Shown here in pieces: positions 24,999 to 26,430 of a DNA stretch of 26,430 nt; positions within the stretch are counted from its first letter, which is position 1; each line of letters starts with the position of its first letter. Below the pieces are notes generated by a model, which was given only the letters and a program-made list of their open reading frames with translations, was not told the DNA's origin and did no database searches. Position numbers and translations under genes: made by a program. Source of the DNA: a virus (Duplodnaviria; Caudoviricetes); the IMG/VR virus record IMGVR_UViG_3300020181_000029, positions 1-26,430 of that record; one strand, 5' to 3'.

Positions 24999-25065
24999 CT
25001 AATTAAAAAGATTGGCTACAGGGGAAGAGGGACGGGGGGAGGGTGACCTAATCCCCTGTAGCTAA
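24999..25065 (-). terminator. Intrinsic terminator-like hairpin with large loop
   Basis: TTGGCTACAGGGGA (25012-25025) pairs with TCCCCTGTAGCTAA (25052-25065); the - strand continues TCTTTTTAATT. Confidence 0.65.
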
Positions 25066-25075
25066 GAAAAGTGTA

Positions 25076-25369
25076 TCATCCCCACTTGGAATTTTCAATG
25101 AACCTAATAAGTTCAGAAGCATCTACTACTGGGTCATATTTAGCTTCCATTACTGAAGGCTTAATAGGGTAAAACTCACCCATTACACCCTGAACAATAT
25201 AGTCGAGTACTCGCGCTCGACTAGTACCTTCCAAGGTTTCAATGTAAAGATGATTCCCTTCCATAAAAGCCATGTTGTTACAGAAGGACCGAATTTCTTC
25301 TAAATTCTCACCAGTCCATCGAATAGCCCTAACCGTTACTGGCTTAGCTACAAACTCTTCAATTGGCAT
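25076..25369 (-). CDS. Conserved phage protein of the 'KPV.V.A..WTG.N...I.TLEG......DYI..G..GEFYP.KP..F...Y' family
   Basis: Recognisable widespread phage family pattern; function not established from sequence. Confidence 0.75.
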   Translation of the reverse strand: MPIEEFVAKPVTVRAIRWTGENLEEIRSFCNNMAFMEGNHLYIETLEGTSRARVLDYIVQGVMGEFYPIKPSVMEAKYDPVVDASELIRFIENSKWG

Positions 25370-25542
25370 TAATTAGGTCCAATCAGGGATCGGAGAGTAT
25401 TGAAGAGTTCAGAAGCAAATTCCATCAACTCTTCATTCTCCTCATAATTGGGGTGGGGATTTTGACACAAGGCCTTAAGCATACGAATCTCACTACCTTC
25501 AAGAGAGATCGTAGCCTTATGAGTGATATCTACTTCAGCCAT
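25369..25542 (-). CDS. Hypothetical 57-aa protein (MAEVDITHKATISLEG...; not in ORF track)
   Basis: TAATG overlaps at both ends; AAGGAG upstream. Confidence 0.7.
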   Translation of the reverse strand: MAEVDITHKATISLEGSEIRMLKALCQNPHPNYEENEELMEFASELFNTLRSLIGPN

Positions 25543-25820
25543 TACTTAGGATTCTCCTTATGTACGATCCATCGCGGTTCACCATTAACAATAATTTCTC
25601 CCTCTTCCCACTCACCAGTAAGCCTAAAGCTAATTTGCTTATCTGCTAGTTCAGTCTGTGGGTGGGGGAGTGCCCAATCGCATTCTCCATTTTCTGTATC
25701 TACAGAAGATCCATCAGAATAGTAAGTCCAATTTGTGCAGAAATAGTTACCGTTATAGACTACTACTTCTCCACACTTTGGGCACTTCTCAGTAGTAGGA
25801 TCTCCATGATTACTAATCAT
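25542..25820 (-). CDS. Hypothetical Zn-ribbon protein (CPKC...FC...CDW)
   Basis: TAATG overlaps; Cys pattern. Confidence 0.7.
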   Translation of the reverse strand: MISNHGDPTTEKCPKCGEVVVYNGNYFCTNWTYYSDGSSVDTENGECDWALPHPQTELADKQISFRLTGEWEEGEIIVNGEPRWIVHKENPK

Positions 25821-25957
25821 TAAATAGCCTCACTGTGTAGGAGCTTGCTGTAAGCACTCTCAAGGTTAAGGTCCGCTTCTTCACCATTAGTAGCAGCCTT
25901 AGCAAATTCTGCGGAAATTAGCTCGATAAGAGCCTTAGTCTCTTCTGGAGTAAACAT
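25820..25957 (-). CDS. Hypothetical 45-aa protein (MFTPEETKALIELISAEF...; not in ORF track)
   Basis: TAATG overlaps at both ends. Confidence 0.65.
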   Translation of the reverse strand: MFTPEETKALIELISAEFAKAATNGEEADLNLESAYSKLLHSEAI

Positions 25958-26139
25958 TAATCTTCAAGTTCCTTCTTCTTATCAAGTTCTTCCCAAATAC
26001 CCATGTCTCGCTTAATTTCCAATTGCTTAGTCTCTTCCTGCTTGAGTAGAAGTTCTTGCTTATGCTTCATATAACGCTTAACAGATTCATAAACACATGT
26101 AACAATAATAAAGGCTACCAACACTTCCAAACCAGTCAT
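25957..26139 (-). CDS. Small membrane-anchored coiled-coil protein (60 aa)
   Basis: N-terminal hydrophobic helix followed by a K/E-rich coil. Confidence 0.7.
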   Translation of the reverse strand: MTGLEVLVAFIIVTCVYESVKRYMKHKQELLLKQEETKQLEIKRDMGIWEELDKKKELED

Positions 26140-26429
26140 TAATCACTTACCGCCTTTATCTTCTTGCCGATCCATTGCATTTCGTAAAGCATTACTTCTT
26201 CAGGATTAGCTACAGTGGGGGAGTGAAGATTATAGACTGCTCCCCATACGTAACCTTCATCGTTCTTAGCGTGCCATCTATTATGGCATGTATGACAGAT
26301 ACGATGAACATTCCCATAGTCATTATTGAGTGTGTTCTTATCAGGTCCATGGTGTCTAGCTTGCTGCTTACCCTCTAGACAACCGATGATTGGACTATTA
26401 CCACCTCCGCAATTTCTCTGCAATTTCCA
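26139..26429 (-). CDS. HNH endonuclease-like protein (5'-truncated by window)
   Basis: HHGPDKNTLNN..GNVHRICHTCHNRWH matches HNH; the frame is open to the window edge. Confidence 0.75.
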   Translation of the reverse strand, partial: WKLQRNCGGGNSPIIGCLEGKQQARHHGPDKNTLNNDYGNVHRICHTCHNRWHAKNDEGYVWGAVYNLHSPTVANPEEVMLYEMQWIGKKIKAVSD

Positions 26430-26430
26430 T

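Larger units (their letters stand above)
2027..25063. repeat. Dispersed 9-bp motif GGCTACAGG / CCTGTAGCC
   Basis: Exact CCTGTAGCC at 2027, 2704, 3720, 3899, 7188, 9706, 10728, 10755, 11901, 18862, 22330. Exact GGCTACAGG at 3702, 10649, 10967, 13100, 16132, 19853, 20150, 22307, 25014. Many 1-mismatch copies as well. Confidence 0.92.

Noticed and set aside
2027-25063. 9-mer as a CRISPR repeat or L5-type stoperator
   Set aside because: Too short and irregularly spaced for CRISPR. Stoperators are oriented with transcription and go with a repressor; here both orientations occur and no repressor or integrase is visible.
1-26430. Stop-codon reassignment, tRNA genes, integrase
   Set aside because: Genes tile densely in the standard code with TAA, TAG and TGA all used as stops; no cloverleaf in the short intergenic gaps; no recombinase seen.

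Overview
This is about 26 kb of a dsDNA tailed-phage genome, probably a podovirus of an actinobacterial host. The host call rests on a WhiB gene and an actinophage-type holin; the DNA itself looks only low-40s % GC by eye. The + arm (1-16100) is the virion module: portal C-terminus, small basic proteins, scaffold, major capsid, adaptor, nozzle, LysM protein, ejection proteins, holin-like genes, NlpC/P60, lytic transglycosylase and WhiB. It converges at a bidirectional terminator (~16112-16146) with a - arm of replication and recombination genes: partial HNH, PD-(D/E)XK exonuclease, Sak4-like AAA ATPase, SSB-like protein, primase-helicase, a family-A DNA polymerase split into separate exonuclease and polymerase genes, a RuvC-like resolvase and many mini-ORFs. 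Two signals are not explained by this gene list. (1) The 9-mer GGCTACAGG/CCTGTAGCC occurs about 20 times exactly plus many 1-mismatch copies, dictates codon choice inside genes and forms the stems of all four terminator-like hairpins, like a DNA-uptake-sequence-type genome tag. (2) A peptide motif [RK]xxA[IL]x[RK]R[LM] recurs in five unrelated small basic virion-module proteins and may be a capsid cargo-loading signal. All functional calls come from motif recognition and synteny; no database searches were run.
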